Shown here: one piece after another, positions 1 through 11,965 of the stretch
Layout of the letters: every line of letters begins with the position of its first letter
How positions within the stretch are numbered: position 1 is the first letter of the stretch
NCBI GenBank assembly: GCA_951406725.2
Contig: OX597821.1
Coordinates: 98,518,001-98,582,000 of the forward strand
DNA length: 64,000 nt
Origin: Octopus vulgaris
Taxonomy: Eukaryota
Direction of reading: 5' to 3'
Made by a program: the position numbers and the translations under genes
The notes under the pieces: model-generated
Database searches by the model: none
What the model was told of the DNA's origin: nothing
The model's input: the letters and a program-made list of their open reading frames with translations, nothing else

Positions 1-174
1 CGAAATACCACTAAGCATTTACCCAGCATGCTAACGATTCTGCCAGCTCACTACCTTTAACTGTCACAATATAGAAGCATTTCTCATGGCACCAGCACTC
101 AGTTTACAGATGCTTACATTTTTTTATGTTTTCCATGAATTTTTCATGGGTCCAGCTAGTTATTATTATTATTG

Positions 175-385
175 CTGTCAGAATCGTTAGCATGCTGGGA
201 AAAATGCTTAGTGGCATTCCGTCCATCTTTTACATTTGGAGTTCAAATTCCACTAAGGTCAACTTTACTTTTCATCCTTTAGAGGGGCGATAAAAGAACC
301 AGTTGAGAAGTGGGGTCAATGTAATTGACTTATCCTCATTCCCGAAATTTCAGGCGTTGTGCCTATAGTAGAAAGTATTATTATT
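175..385 (+). mobile_element. SINE family M (tRNA-like head plus 'gcctttcatcctttcggggtcgataaa' central domain, MetaSINE-like); other copies at about 1-52(-), 9817-10030(+), 24185-24372(-), 24700-24890(-), 28613-28830(+), 34795-34995(-), 40326-40546(-), 63560-63710(+)
   Basis: Recurring 'gaatcgttagca...gagttcaaattcc...gtcaactttgcctttcatcctt...gataaa...agtaccagt' with a B-box-like GTTCAAATTCC, ending in a (tat)n or aaagaaat tail. The superfamily name is recalled, not searched. Confidence 0.75.
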
Positions 386-535
386 ATTCTTGTTGTTGTT
401 ATTGTGTAAATATGTATATAATGAAAATATATATATATATTACAGAGATGTACTTGCATAGCAAGTGATTTGGTCTGAGATCGTGTGCTGGAACGAAAAC
501 AATTGCAGCATGGAAGGTGTTTGTAAGCCATTTAA

Positions 536-857
536 AGACTCTGCCGGTTACGACGACGAGGGTCCCAGCTGATACGATCAACGGAACAGCTTGCTCGTGA
601 AATTAACGTGCAAATGGCTGAGCATTCCACAGACACGTGTACCCTTAACGTAGTTCTCGGGGATAATCAGCGTGACACAGAGAGTGACAAGGCTGACCCT
701 TTGAAATACAAGTACAACTCATTTTTGCCAGCTGAGTGGACTGGAGCAACGTGAAATAAAGTGTCTTGCTCAAGGACACAACGCGTCGCCGGGAATCGAA
801 CTCACAACCTTACGATCATGAGCCGAATGCCCTAACCACTAAGCCACGCGCCCTCAC
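536..857 (-). mobile_element. tRNA-derived SINE (head B plus tail X) with 14-bp TSD
   Basis: Minus strand begins gagggcgcgtggcttagtggttaggg...gagttcgattccc (A/B boxes). TSD tgtaagccatttaa at 522-535 and 858-871. Confidence 0.85.
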
Positions 858-916
858 TGTAAGCCATTTAAGAAACACACAAAAGCTGTTTGATTCACTT
901 CAACATTTAAGTTTAA

Positions 917-967
917 TTTGTCAAAATATTTTCATTGCTATAAGACTGCGACCTGTTCACTGACAAA
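917..967 (-). ncRNA. Minimal type I hammerhead ribozyme, G3-C8 core variant (stem II partly decayed)
   Basis: Minus strand: tttgtca GTGAACA g gtcgc-agtcttata-gcaat GAAA atat TT tgacaaa. Confidence 0.55.
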
Positions 968-1496
968 AATCCGTGCTGCATATATACAATATATTTGTAT
1001 AAACATACTCACCTACATATACATACATATGAACACACTTATACACACACACACACACATATACATGCACACACACACATACATTCCTATATACATACAT
1101 AGACTTTAAGCTTTTTTGATTTTTGAAATTATTTCATTATTGTTTTTTTAAACATAAAAACATAAATTGAGCATTTGGATAAATTCCAGTTTGCAGAAAT
1201 TCTGCAGTGAGTTTATTAATACTTGCCATTCCACTTTGAAATAATACCTACATTATAACTTTTTTAATACCTATGCTATGAACCCAGCCTCCGCTCCAAC
1301 TCTCTAAAACTATCAACCACCAACCACTGTTCCACATAAAACTCATTAATTTATATATCTTCATCATTCACATGTAAAGGGATATGCACTAGAGTGTGGG
1401 GGGGGGGGGTTGTTCCAAGGAAAAGTTTATCCAGCTGTGTATGTGTACGTGTGTGTGTGTGTGTGTGTGTGTGTATCCATATTTCATTCTATAACA

Positions 1497-1582
1497 GCTA
1501 CCTCTGAAGAGCACAGGGTCACATAATCAGACCATTACCTAACACTCGAACCCCTAGTGCGAAACCGGTTGGTAAGATCAGC
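1497..1582 (+). ncRNA. Type I hammerhead ribozyme motif (family B); degenerate second copy at about 4183-4266
   Basis: CTGAAGA 1504-1510, stem II gcac.aggg/ccct.a.gtgc, GAAA 1561-1564, stem III acc-ggtt-ggt, GUA site at 1572-1574, imperfect stem I (gctacct/agatcagc). Confidence 0.7.
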
Positions 1583-1616
1583 CATAATGGATATGTAATA
1601 CTGTACACTTCAATTA

Positions 1617-1649
<33 letters not shown>

Positions 1650-1825
1650 TCACATGATCACATGTGATCATTTCGATATATGTGAGCAGGCCAACATTCC
1701 CCACTGATCGAAATGAGCTGTTTTACTCAAGAACTCAACATGCCGCCCAGTCAAAGAATTGAACCCACAATCTAATGATTGTGAGTGCAACAGCCTAACC
1801 ACTAGGCCACACACTTTCACAGACA

Positions 1826-1829
1826 CATG

Positions 1830-1908
<79 letters not shown>

Positions 1909-1941
1909 ATATATGTATGTATGTATATATATGTATGTATG

Positions 1942-1998
<57 letters not shown>

Positions 1999-2022
1999 GT
2001 GTGTGTGTATGTGTGTGTGTGT

Positions 2023-2081
<59 letters not shown>

Positions 2082-2092
2082 TGTGTGTGTAT
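1826..2092. repeat. Compound (TA)n/(TATG)n/(TG)n microsatellite; similar tracts occur throughout (e.g. 3009-3098, 4338-4456, 14532-14782, 19899-20198, 40010-40325, 41850-42300)
   Basis: Directly visible. These tracts produce the YIYI/VCVC/HTHT pseudo-ORFs. Confidence 0.98.
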
Positions 2093-3005
2093 TCATTATC
2101 AACATCATCGGCCTAATCAGCATTGTTTGCAGTCCATCTCCCATGCTGGAATGAATTGTTGAGGTATGATAGGATCAGGTGGGCTCAGGGATTGCACCAA
2201 GCTCTAGTGTATGCTTTGACATGGATTCTAGAGCTGAACACCCTTTCTACTGCCAACCACTTTATCGAATGTAATGCTTTTTTGTGGCATCAACACTACT
2301 GAGGTCACCATAAAGGTCACAAGACTAAGATTCCCTCTGATTATTACAGTAGAAGAAATGGTCTATGCTAGTACATGAGAGATTAAAGTATGAAAGAAGG
2401 GGCAAATATAAGGAAGAACAAGGGTGGAATGGTTGATGATAAATACATGAAGAGAAGGTAGGGAAGCATACATGATAATTGTTGAGATTGAGCTGAGATG
2501 TGGACTAGAGTGAAGGGGCGATTGATAGTATACATGAGTTGAGGGAAAGCAGAGGAGATTAGGTGATGACTGACAGTAAAGAAGAGGGTGAAGAGTAGTA
2601 GAGTAGTAATAATAATATAGTAGCCAAGAGAAGACTGAGAGATGGAGAAGATATGCAGATGAGTAGGTTGCATAAGAGTGAGAGGGAAAACATACATGGA
2701 GAGTGGAGAGAGTGAGAGCTATATAGGAATTGTGAAAAAGATAGTTTGGTAACACAAAAGGGTGATCTGTGTAAAATGTGAGGGAGAAAGATAATATTGA
2801 GAATAAGGTATGATTAATGAATGAAGTGGTTTCAAGAACTGAGAAACATCAGGTACCACAGAACAAGATGATGAAATATGCAGGTCTGCTATCATTTAAT
2901 TACAGCTGCAGAATACTGCAGTTAAGAAGGTAATAGAAGGAATTATGATAGAGATAATGAGTTTAGGTGAAGGCTTGAGGAAGAAACTGGCCAAGGGGCA
3001 CAGTT

Positions 3006-3100
<95 letters not shown>

Positions 3101-3680
3101 GTCTCTATAAGAAGCATAGGGCTGGTTTCTCAGTTTCTCTGGGATACCAATCCATTGCAAGCTTACTCAGCTGAGTGGATTGGAGCAATGTGAAATGAAA
3201 TCTTTTGCTCAAGATCACAAAGCATCGCCCAGTGCAGGAATGAAAACCACAGTCTTGTGTTCATGAGTTTGACACCCTAACCATTAAGCCATGCATCTCT
3301 GTGGATTGCTGTTAAAAAAATTCTCCAGTGTCAGCATGTTGTGGTGGAATCTGAGGGTAGGATGACAGTGTCTGGCAAAGGTTCTATAGTATGTACAGCA
3401 ATAACCTTTCAGAATTTGAGGGGTGTGGTAGATGGTTGAAAGATTATGCACTGGGCACATATATTTATATGTACACACACACACACATGGAGTACCCAAA
3501 CATCTACCTAAAATCAGAAGTGAGATTCTTTAGCCCTTGCCCACATGAGTGATGGTATATTTTATCCTACTTATGGCTATAACCACCAGTTCTCCACCAG
3601 ATCCGGAGAACCCAGTAAAGTGTTTAACCAACTGTACACAAATGAACATGGGACACATATGCTGCACAATATGGTCTTAA

Positions 3681-3901
3681 CCCTTTCGTTACCAACCCAG
3701 CTGAAATCAGCTCTGGCTCTGTAGTTCAAATGTCTTGTTTTCATAAGTTTTTAATTAAAATCTTCCAACAAACCTTAGTCACAATTTATGCTTCTAACAC
3801 TAGCTTAATGATAACTAAGTAATTTTACTAAATTCTTTGTTATATTTAAAATAATTGAGAGAAACACAGAGCATCTCAAAATAAATACAGTAACGAAAGG
3901 G
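3681..3901. mobile_element. piggyBac-type MITE (221 bp)
   Basis: TTAA at 3677-3680 and 3902-3905; perfect 12-bp TIRs ccctttcgttac / gtaacgaaaggg. Confidence 0.92.
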
Positions 3902-4331
3902 TTAAGCATTTGGACTCCTACCTTGCACACCCATCCTCTCGAAACTCTTCATATATAATACCCCTTCACATATTCCAACCCAACACAAGCACCAACCCCT
4001 AACCCCTGCTCACATTTTCAAATAACTTCAAGCATCTCAGAGACCAATGGGGTCAAGGGACATAACTCTTGATAAAACCCTTGTTTGGTTCATTTTATGT
4101 TTTTTACAGCACTTACAAACCAGATGTATTTTGTCATCCCCAATAATGGAGAACAGTAGCCATATTTTTTCCATTCTTGCTAGCCCTGATCAGCACACAG
4201 CATTACATAACCGTGTTGTTATCAAACACTCAGTTTAATACCCAGGGTGAGACCAACTGGTAAGATTGGTCATAATGGATATATATAGCACTGTACACTG
4301 ATTAATATACCCACTCTTTTGACAAATAAAC

Positions 4332-4459
<128 letters not shown>

Positions 4460-4490
4460 GAGCTGAGCGCAGATTGAACAGAAATCGTTT

Positions 4491-4584
4491 TATTTCATTC
4501 TACACGTGTTTCGAAAGGCACAAATTACCAAAATCCGATGGAATAATGGGACCATATTGTATCTTTCTCTTCAGGAAGAAAATA
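4491..4584 (-). ncRNA. Type I hammerhead ribozyme, mirror of 5487-5580
   Basis: Reverse complement of the + strand copy with one substitution in stem II. Confidence 0.8.
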
Positions 4585-5486
4585 GGAAATCCGTTGGAAA
4601 AACAAAAACAGAACAGAGGCGGAGCAAAAACAAATCGAACTATGCTCCTAAGAGCCCATGGCGAAACTGTTTATCAGTGTATGTTGAGAACCGGTGGCTG
4701 AAGAATTCAACGGGTCAGGCATCGGTCAATCATGTGGGTGAGGGGGCGTAGATGTTCTTTGTGACCGAGAATAAAGTTCTGACTATTTAAGGAATATTGG
4801 ATGTTTTATAAGGGGCGAGAAAAAATCTACTTAGAGACGTGTGTGTGTGTATACTGTTCTATATACGTGTGTGTTGGCGTAGGGGTAGAAAACATTTTTT
4901 GTGTACGTGTGTGCGTTTGATCGTTCGGCTGTCAGTGGCTACTGCCGTGATGACCGTTGGGTGGCAGAAAAAAAAATATACATCATGTTTTATGTGTGTG
5001 TGTGTTCTCATCTAAACCTGCCTTGTCAAGGAAACCCCCTTGACAAGGCAGGTTTAGATGAGAACACACACACACATAAAACATGATGTATATTTTTTTT
5101 TTCTGCCACCCAACGGTCATCACGGCAGTAGCCACTGACAGCCGAACGATCAAACGCACACACGTACACAAAAAAATGTTTTCTACCCCTACGCCAACAC
5201 ACACGTATATAGAACAGTATACACACACACACGTCTCTAAGTAGATTTTTTTCTCGCCCTTATAAAACATCCAATATTCCTTAAATAGTCAGAACTTTAT
5301 TCTCGGTCACAAAGAACATCTACGCCCCCTCACCCACATGATTGACCGATGCCTGACCCGTTGAATTCTTCAGCCACCGGTTCTCAACATACACTGATAA
5401 ACAGTTTCGCCATGGGCTCTTAGGAGCATAGTTCGATTTGTTTTTGCTCCGCCTCTGTTCTGTTTTTGTTTTTCCAACGGATTTCC

Positions 5487-5580
5487 TATTTTCTTCCTGA
5501 AGAGAAAGACACAATATGGTCCCATTATTCCATCGGATTTTGGTAATTTGTGCCTTTCGAAACACGTGTAGAATGAAATA
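5487..5580 (+). ncRNA. Type I hammerhead ribozyme with long stem II
   Basis: Stem I tattttcttc/gaatgaaata; CTGAAGA 5497-5503; stem II gaaag.a.cacaa...ttgtg.c.ctttc; GAAA 5559-5562; stem III AC-acgt-GT; GUA ending at 5570. Confidence 0.82.
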
Positions 5581-5924
5581 AAACGATTTCTGTTCAATCT
5601 GCGCTCAGCTCCATTTCTTCAATTCACCAATAATGTTCTAATTTCAATTATCCGCACCAACGCACGGTTGCAACACCATATGGTTGTACCTCCAACCGTG
5701 CTGTTTTACTGCTGTGATTTTTGCTACTAAGGTATCGGTTAAACTTTTGATTAATCTACTACAAGATTATTCATCTTTCTATTTCACATAATATATATAT
5801 ATATATATAAATATATATATATAAATATATATAAATACATATATATAAATACCTATATATATAAATACATATATATATACATATATATATATACATATAC
5901 ATATATATATACATATATATATAC

Positions 5925-5961
<37 letters not shown>

Positions 5962-5976
5962 TATCTATATATATAT

Positions 5977-6398
5977 ACGTAAAAGCACCATCCGTTCGTG
6001 TTCGTTGTCAGCCTCGGCTGGCCTCCGTGCCGGTGACACGTAAAAGCACCGTCCGTTCGTGGCCGTTTGCCAGCTCTGTCTGGCCCCGTGTCGGTGGCAC
6101 GTAAAAGCACCATCCGTTCGTGTCCATTGCCAGCATTGCCTGGCCCCGTACCGATGACACGTAAAAGCACCATCCGTTCGTGGCCGTTCGCCAGCTCTGT
6201 CTGGCACCTGTGCAGGTGGCACGTAAAAAACACCCGCTACACTCGCGGAGTGGTTGGCGTTAGGAAGGGCATCCAGCCGTAGAAACACTGCCAGATCTGA
6301 CTCGGCCTGACGAAGCCTTCCAGCTTCACAGACCCCAGTTGACCCGTCCAACCCATGCTAGCATGGAAAGCGGACGCTAAATGATGATGATGATGATG
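5977..6398 (+). mobile_element. (GAT)n-tailed retroposon (family R) with internal ~60-bp tandem module; other copies at about 6625-6868(+), 6891-7072(-), 25091-25430(-), 25917-26125(-), 32110-32430(-), 35028-35308(-), 37290-37500(+), 43239-43410(+), 48765-48920(+), 51227-51392(+), 51538-51633(+), 53382-53492(+), 57537-57858(+), 59205-59455(+), 61620-61758(+), 62120-62352(+)
   Basis: Shared 'ggagtggttggcgttaggaagggcatccagc...aacccatgctagcatggaaagcggacgttaaacgatgatgatg'; variable 5' truncation and simple-repeat tail. Confidence 0.85.
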
Positions 6399-6448
<50 letters not shown>

Positions 6449-6530
6449 TTCTTTACTGCTCATAAGGGTCTAGGATGTTTATAACCAGACAAAAGCACTC
6501 TGCACAATTAATTTACATGGACCAGTACTA

Positions 6531-6592
<62 letters not shown>

Positions 6593-7112
6593 TATTGTAG
6601 ACCCACATTCGTGCATTGCTTTGGCACATAAAATGCACCATCCGATTGTGGCCATTGCCAGCCTTGTCTGGCACCTGTGCCGGTGGCACGTAAAAAGCAC
6701 CCACTACACTCACGGAGTGTTTGGCGTTAGGAAGGGCATCCAGCCATAGAAACACTGCCAGATCTGACTAGGCCTGAGGAAGCCTTCTGGCTTCACAGAC
6801 CCCAGTTGAACCGTCCAACTCATGCTAGCATGGAAAGCGGACGCTAAATGATGATGATGATGATGATGAATATATATATATATATATATATCATCATCAT
6901 CATCATCATCGTTTAGCATCTGCTTTCCATGCTAGCATGGATTGGACGGTTCAACTGGGTCTGGGAAGCCAGAAGGCTGCACCAGGCCCAGTTTGGTCTG
7001 GCAGTGTTTCTATGGCTGGATGCCCTTCCTAACGCCAACCACTCCGTGAGTGTAGTGGGTGCTTTACGTGCCACCCACACACATATATATATATATATAT
7101 ATACATATATAT

Positions 7113-7244
7113 ATTTATTTTATAGAAGGAGCTTCTACAGGACTAGAACTGTTTCATTCAAATGAAATCATCAGGAAGCTTCCTGATGATTTCATTTGAA
7201 TGAAACAGTTCTAGTCCTGTAGAAGCTCCTTCTTTAAAATAAAT
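7113..7244. repeat. Near-perfect 132-bp palindrome centred on aagctt (7176-7181), made of two back-to-back HHRs (family D); unique tail runs to ~7310
   Basis: One mismatch between arms, no spacer, flanked by (TA)n. Confidence 0.92.
7177..7227 (+). ncRNA. Type I hammerhead ribozyme (mirror copy on minus strand at 7130-7180)
   Basis: agcttc CTGATGA t-ttc-attt-gaa-t GAA ACAG-ttctagtc-CTGT A gaagct: 6-bp stem I, 4-bp stem III, GUA site; U.U at the base of stem II. Confidence 0.75.
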
Positions 7245-7345
7245 GAATTTACTCTGCTATGTATTGAGTACCTTATTTACTGTGGTTAACCCCGACTCAA
7301 CCCGGGACCTACATATACATATATATATATATATATATACATATA

Positions 7346-7875
7346 CAGGCTGCTGGAGTTCTGCAATGCAAATGATCTTATGGTCTGCAATACCAACTCC
7401 AGGAAACCCACCTCTCTCCTAGTCACCTACCGTTCTGGCAGACACACTAGCCAAATTGACAACATCCTCACCAGAAAAAGGGAAAGAGGGCTGCTTATAA
7501 ATGCCAAAACCTTCCCAGGCGAAGAATGTACCCCTCAACATAGTTTAGTAGTTGGCGACTTCAGGATTAGTAGTTAGCGACTTCAGGATCAGGGCTGAAT
7601 GGATGACCAGAAGAAGACCAGCTTGGAGGAGAAGGGTCTGGAAGCTTAAAGATCCTGCAAATGGACTGAGATTTAGAGACATATTACTCAAAGCCGTCGA
7701 TGAAATAGAAGGGGATATAGCATCACATAATGTGGAAGACAACTGGAGGTTTCTACGGGACAACCTACTGAGAGCCACTGACCAGATCTGTGGCTGGTGC
7801 AAAGTCCCCTCTCGACCCAAGGTAACGGGGTGGTGGAACAATGTGGTTGACAGGGCTATTAGACAAAAGAAACTA
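7346..7875 (+). pseudogene. RTE-clade LINE fragment (APE endonuclease C-terminus and linker)
   Basis: RLLEFCNANDLMVCNT...VTYRSGRHTSQIDNIL...PGEECTPQHSLVV.DF...WKLKD...WWNNVV; frameshift caused by a 22-bp tandem duplication near 7546-7589. Confidence 0.85.
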
Positions 7876-7879
7876 TAGC

Positions 7880-8262
7880 ATAGTTCTGTACAACATTATA
7901 AAATACTATATGGTCCTAAACACAAATATATAGTAAATATATATATACTTGGACAATATTGTATAGTACTGTAACATACTATATAGCATTTGTACAATAC
8001 TGTACCGTACTAAGCAGTGTTGTACAATATTCTACTATATTCTACAATATCCTACATTACTATACAATATTTTACAATGCTTCATAATACTGAGAAATAT
8101 TTTACAATATTATACAATGTTGTACGACACTGAACAATATTGTGCAGTACTCTGCTGTATTGTACAATGCTATTCAATATTGTACAATATTTATAATATT
8201 TTACAATTTTCTACAATATACTGTTCAGTGTTATACAGTATTATATTGTTTAATACAATACT
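7880..8262. repeat. Degenerate ~10-bp satellite (tgtacaatac / tacaatatt); related tract at about 10720-10850
   Basis: Periodic tacaata motif. Confidence 0.65.
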
Positions 8263-8744
8263 TCAAGCTTACCAAAACCTTGTTAGCGGATTTGGTAGAA
8301 AACAGATGGAAACTGGTCATTTATATTTTATTATACATAAGCACAGGAGTGGCTATGTGGTAAGTATACCAGCTTGCATATCAACCACATGGTCCCGGGT
8401 TTAGTTCCACTGCATGGCAGAGAAAGTACCTCAACAGATATGTGTAGTGTCAAAAAGCACTGAAAGGATATCACTAGCAGATGAAAGTTGTCCAGCAGCA
8501 GTGAGTGGATTTGGTAGACAGAAATTGAAAGAAACCTGTTGTATATGTATATATATATATATAATAATATATATGTGTATATTTAAAGGGCTAAAAAACC
8601 ACTAAGTGGTCAGCCGTATGCTAGAAGTAGATCACCTACGATCAAACTACAAAGAAAAGAATGTTCTCTAGTGAAAAATTCAGCAGACACCAGAACAATA
8701 TGCGGGCAAGACAGATGAAAATTATACAAAAAACAAGAAATTAC

Positions 8745-8819
8745 TCGCAGACCGGCTGTTTCACCTATTAACTAATGAATCACTTACATAATCCCTCGTC
8801 CGTAGGCTCGTCAGTGCGA
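8745..8819 (-). ncRNA. Canonical type I hammerhead ribozyme (family E) within a ~380-bp element (about 8580-8957) bounded by (TA)n
   Basis: Minus strand: tcgca CTGACGA gccta...taggt GAAAC agccg GTC tgcga; all core residues intact, GUC site. Confidence 0.88.
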
Positions 8820-8965
8820 TCGTTCCACAGGTAATATAATTTATAAAACTAACCACCAGGTTTTCCGTATAAAAACAGACACGTGCTTAGTTTCACCGAT
8901 TACATTGGGGTTAATTTCAAATGTCTGAGTTCTGGCGCGCTAAAAATATATCCGGAATATATATA

Positions 8966-9012
<47 letters not shown>

Positions 9013-9322
9013 ATATGTATATATCTATGTGTGTGTCTTTGTTTGTTCCACCTCCCAATTTTGCTTGACAACCGATGCTGGTGTGTTGACGTCTCCGTAA
9101 CTTAGCGGTTTGGCAAAAGAGTACTTGGCAAAATAAGTACTAGGCTTACAAAGAATAATCCTGGGCTTGATTTGCTTGACTATAGGCAGTGCTCCAGCAT
9201 GGCTGCAGTCAGACGACTGGAACAAGTAAAAGAATATGTATGTCATGTGTGTATGTGTTTGTGTCATCTCGTGTAGACATTATGTAATTACTGTGAGGTC
9301 AGTGAGCATCACCATCATAGAA

Positions 9323-9747
9323 CTCTCTTTACTCTTTTACTCTTTTACTTGTTTCAGTCATTTGACGGCGGCCATGCTGGAGCACCGCCTTTAATCGAGC
9401 AACTCGACCCCGGGACTTATTCTTTTTGTAAGCCCAGTACTTATTCTATCGGTCTCTTTTGCCGAACCACTAAGTAACGGGGACATAAACACACCAGCAT
9501 CGGTTGTCAAGCAATGCTAGGGGGACAAACACAGACACACAAACATGCACACGCATATATATATATATATATACATATATACGACGGGCTTCTTTCAGTT
9601 TCCGTCTACCAAATCCACTCACAAGGCATTGGTCGGCCCGAGGCTATGAGGCTATAGTAGAAGACACTTGCCCAAGGTGTCACAAAGTGGGACTGAACCC
9701 GGAACCATGTGGTTGGTAAGCAAGCTTCTTACCACACAGCCACTCCA
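9323..9747 (-). mobile_element. tRNA-derived CORE-type SINE (octopus OR2-like) with internal (TA/TG)n; other copies at about 8342-8545, 9025-9235, 10165-10718, 13803-14275, 27351-27720, 27805-28120, 30965-31280, 44350-44692, 47582-47973, 54683-54870, 59540-59950, 61116-61517 (+) and 11045-11590, 17275-18105, 40862-41150, 53105-53340, 62600-63030 (-)
   Basis: ggcgcaggagtggctgtgtggtaag...gggttcagtccc (A/B boxes), CORE-like accttgggcaagt, tail (gtaaaaga)n. The family name is recalled, not searched. Confidence 0.85.
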
Positions 9748-10462
9748 GCACCTATTCATTTCTAGTCTTCCATGAAAACACGTCCGGTCAAGGGGGGATA
9801 TTACCTTACTTGAAGGAGGTGAGCTGGCAGAATTATTAGCACACCAGAAAAAAATGCTTAGCAACATTTCGTCCATCTTTACATTCTGAGTTCAAATTCC
9901 ACCAAGGTTGACTTTGCCTTTCATCCTTTCATGGTTGATAAAAATTAGTACCAGTTGAAGACTAGGGTCAATGTAATCAAATTAACCCCTCCTCCAAAAT
10001 GCTGACCTGGTGTCAAAATTTGAAATCAATATTACCTTACATACAAACAAGCAAGGGTTAATGACAAGAAGGCCATCCTCTGGCCATAGAAAGTCTGTTT
10101 CAGTGAATTCTGTCTGATCTATTTTGCAATCTTATGTAATACTGCATGCTATTTTACAAATATGCACGAGTGGCTGTGTGGTAAGTAGCTTGTAAACCAG
10201 CCACATGGTTCCGGGTTCAGTCCTACTGCGTGGCATCTTGGGCAAGTGTCTTCTACTATAGCCCCGGGCCGACCAATGCCGTGTGAGTGGATTTGGTAGA
10301 CGGAAACTGAAAGAAGCCCGTTGTATCATCATCATCATCATCATCATCGTTTAACGTCCGTTTAACGTATATATGTATATATACAAGTAAAAGACACTCA
10401 CACACACACACACACACATGTATGTATCAATGTTACAGGTGGGCTAAAATTAACGTATATAT

Positions 10463-10497
<35 letters not shown>

Positions 10498-10997
10498 AGG
10501 TATATGTTTGTGTGTCTGCATTTGTTCCCCTAGCATTGCTTGACAACCGATGCTGGTGTGTTTACATCCCCCTCACTTAGTGGTTCGGCAAAAGAGACCG
10601 ATAGAATAAGTACTGGGCTTACAAAGAATAAGTCCCGGGGTCGATTTGCTCGACTAAAGGCGGTGCTCCAGCATGGCCGCAGTCAAATGACTGAAACAAG
10701 TAAAAGAGTAAAAGAGTACTACACAATGCTGTAGAAAAGTGTATGGTAGTGTACAGTATTAGTAACTATTGTACAGTATAGGACAGTATTTTTAAAGTAC
10801 GGTGCACTGTTTTTTCAGCTACATTGAAAGTGTGTTACTGTACTATTAACACCACTTAGTGAACAACAGCAAACAAGTTTCACACTGCTAAATAATTGAT
10901 TAATATATTGATTTTGTATTTATTTTGATTAGAGAAGGTTTATGTAGCAAACTCAATCAGCCAATTTTAGACCACCTGTAACATTGATACATACATG

Positions 10998-11041
<44 letters not shown>

Positions 11042-11228
11042 TGTCTTTTACTTGTTTCAGCCATTAGACTGTAGCGATGCTGGGGCACTGCCTTGAAGGG
11101 TTTTAATTGAACAAATCGACCCTAGAATTTTTTTTTTTAAGCCTAGTACTTATTCTATCAGTTTCTTTTGCCAAACCACTAAGTTACATTGGTTGTCAAA
11201 CGATGGTGTGGGACAAACACAGAAACAC

Positions 11229-11437
11229 ACATAGATATACATACATAGTTAATCAAAACAGGAACAAAGAGAAAACACAACAACGTGAGGACGTGGAACA
11301 AGTATAGTGTTATTGGACGCTCATGAAAGGAAAGAAAGAAGGAGAATTTAATATTTTGAGCGGAGCTCTTTGTCAGAAACATAGCAAAAGGAAAGACGAA
11401 GAAAGAAAATCGCCAATGATACACACGCAGGTCACGT
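11229..11437 (-). mobile_element. Short Penelope-like remnant with CpG-decayed minimal HHR (11347-11379), inserted in the microsatellite of a SINE
   Basis: Minus strand: ttt ctgacaa a gagc-tcc-gctc aaaa ta tt aaa; same architecture as 58753-58790. Confidence 0.5.
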
Positions 11438-11456
11438 ATATATATATACATGCATG

Positions 11457-11490
<34 letters not shown>

Positions 11491-11814
11491 TATATATGAT
11501 GGGCTTCTTTCAGCTTCTGTCTACCAAATCCACTCACAAGGCTTGGTCAGCTCAAGGTTATAGTAGAAGATATTTGCCCAAAGTGCCAAAATAAAATGTT
11601 TACTCCACCCCTATATCTACAAATAACTTTGCAGTCACAAAGTACTTTTGAGGGCCAAAATGCTTAACTCCAGTTTTATCGATGATGAAAGTGGTGATAG
11701 TGGAGGTGGTGGTGGTAGTGGCAGTGGTGGTATGTTGGTGATAGTGACAATGATGGTGATGGTTACAACAATGACAATGGCAACAACAGTGATGACCAAC
11801 AGTACTTCAGCCTT

Positions 11815-11965
11815 TATTGAGCAGACCAATGACCGATGTCATGGCCATTCCTTCTTTGTGTATATCACGTGTCCTTTATTTAAGATGGTAGTGTATGATG
11901 AAAGGGAGATTCAGCTGCTATTTCTGGCAAAACAAACTTCTCTGTAGAGGCTCACTTGTTGGTTC
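11815..11965. repeat. Old interspersed repeat family ('gagcagacc...atgaccat...aagatggtagggtgtgatttgagggagatttggctgctatttct'); copies at about 12510-12720, 23450-23630, 23660-23810, 24440-24640(rev), 24975-25090, 52490-52690
   Basis: Recurring diverged motif blocks. Confidence 0.6.

Larger units (their letters stand above)
445..981 (-). mobile_element. Short HHR-bearing Penelope-like non-autonomous element (family A), split by a SINE
   Basis: 445-535 plus 858-981 are colinear with the uninterrupted copy at 29557-29741. Confidence 0.75.

Noticed and set aside
4640-4690. Second HHR-like string cctaaga-gcc.cat.ggc-GAAACTG...CAGTG in the palindrome arm
   Set aside because: Two core mismatches, G at the cleavage position and no convincing stem I.
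4474-5597. Duplicate ORFs MNRNRFISF.../MFRKAQITK... on both strands
   Set aside because: They are mirror products of the palindrome with no recognisable protein motifs.
5977-6235. CRISPR-like regularly spaced 'cacgtaaaagcacc' repeats
   Set aside because: The intervening sequences are similar to each other, the unit is part of a retroposon, the context is eukaryotic, and no cas genes are present.
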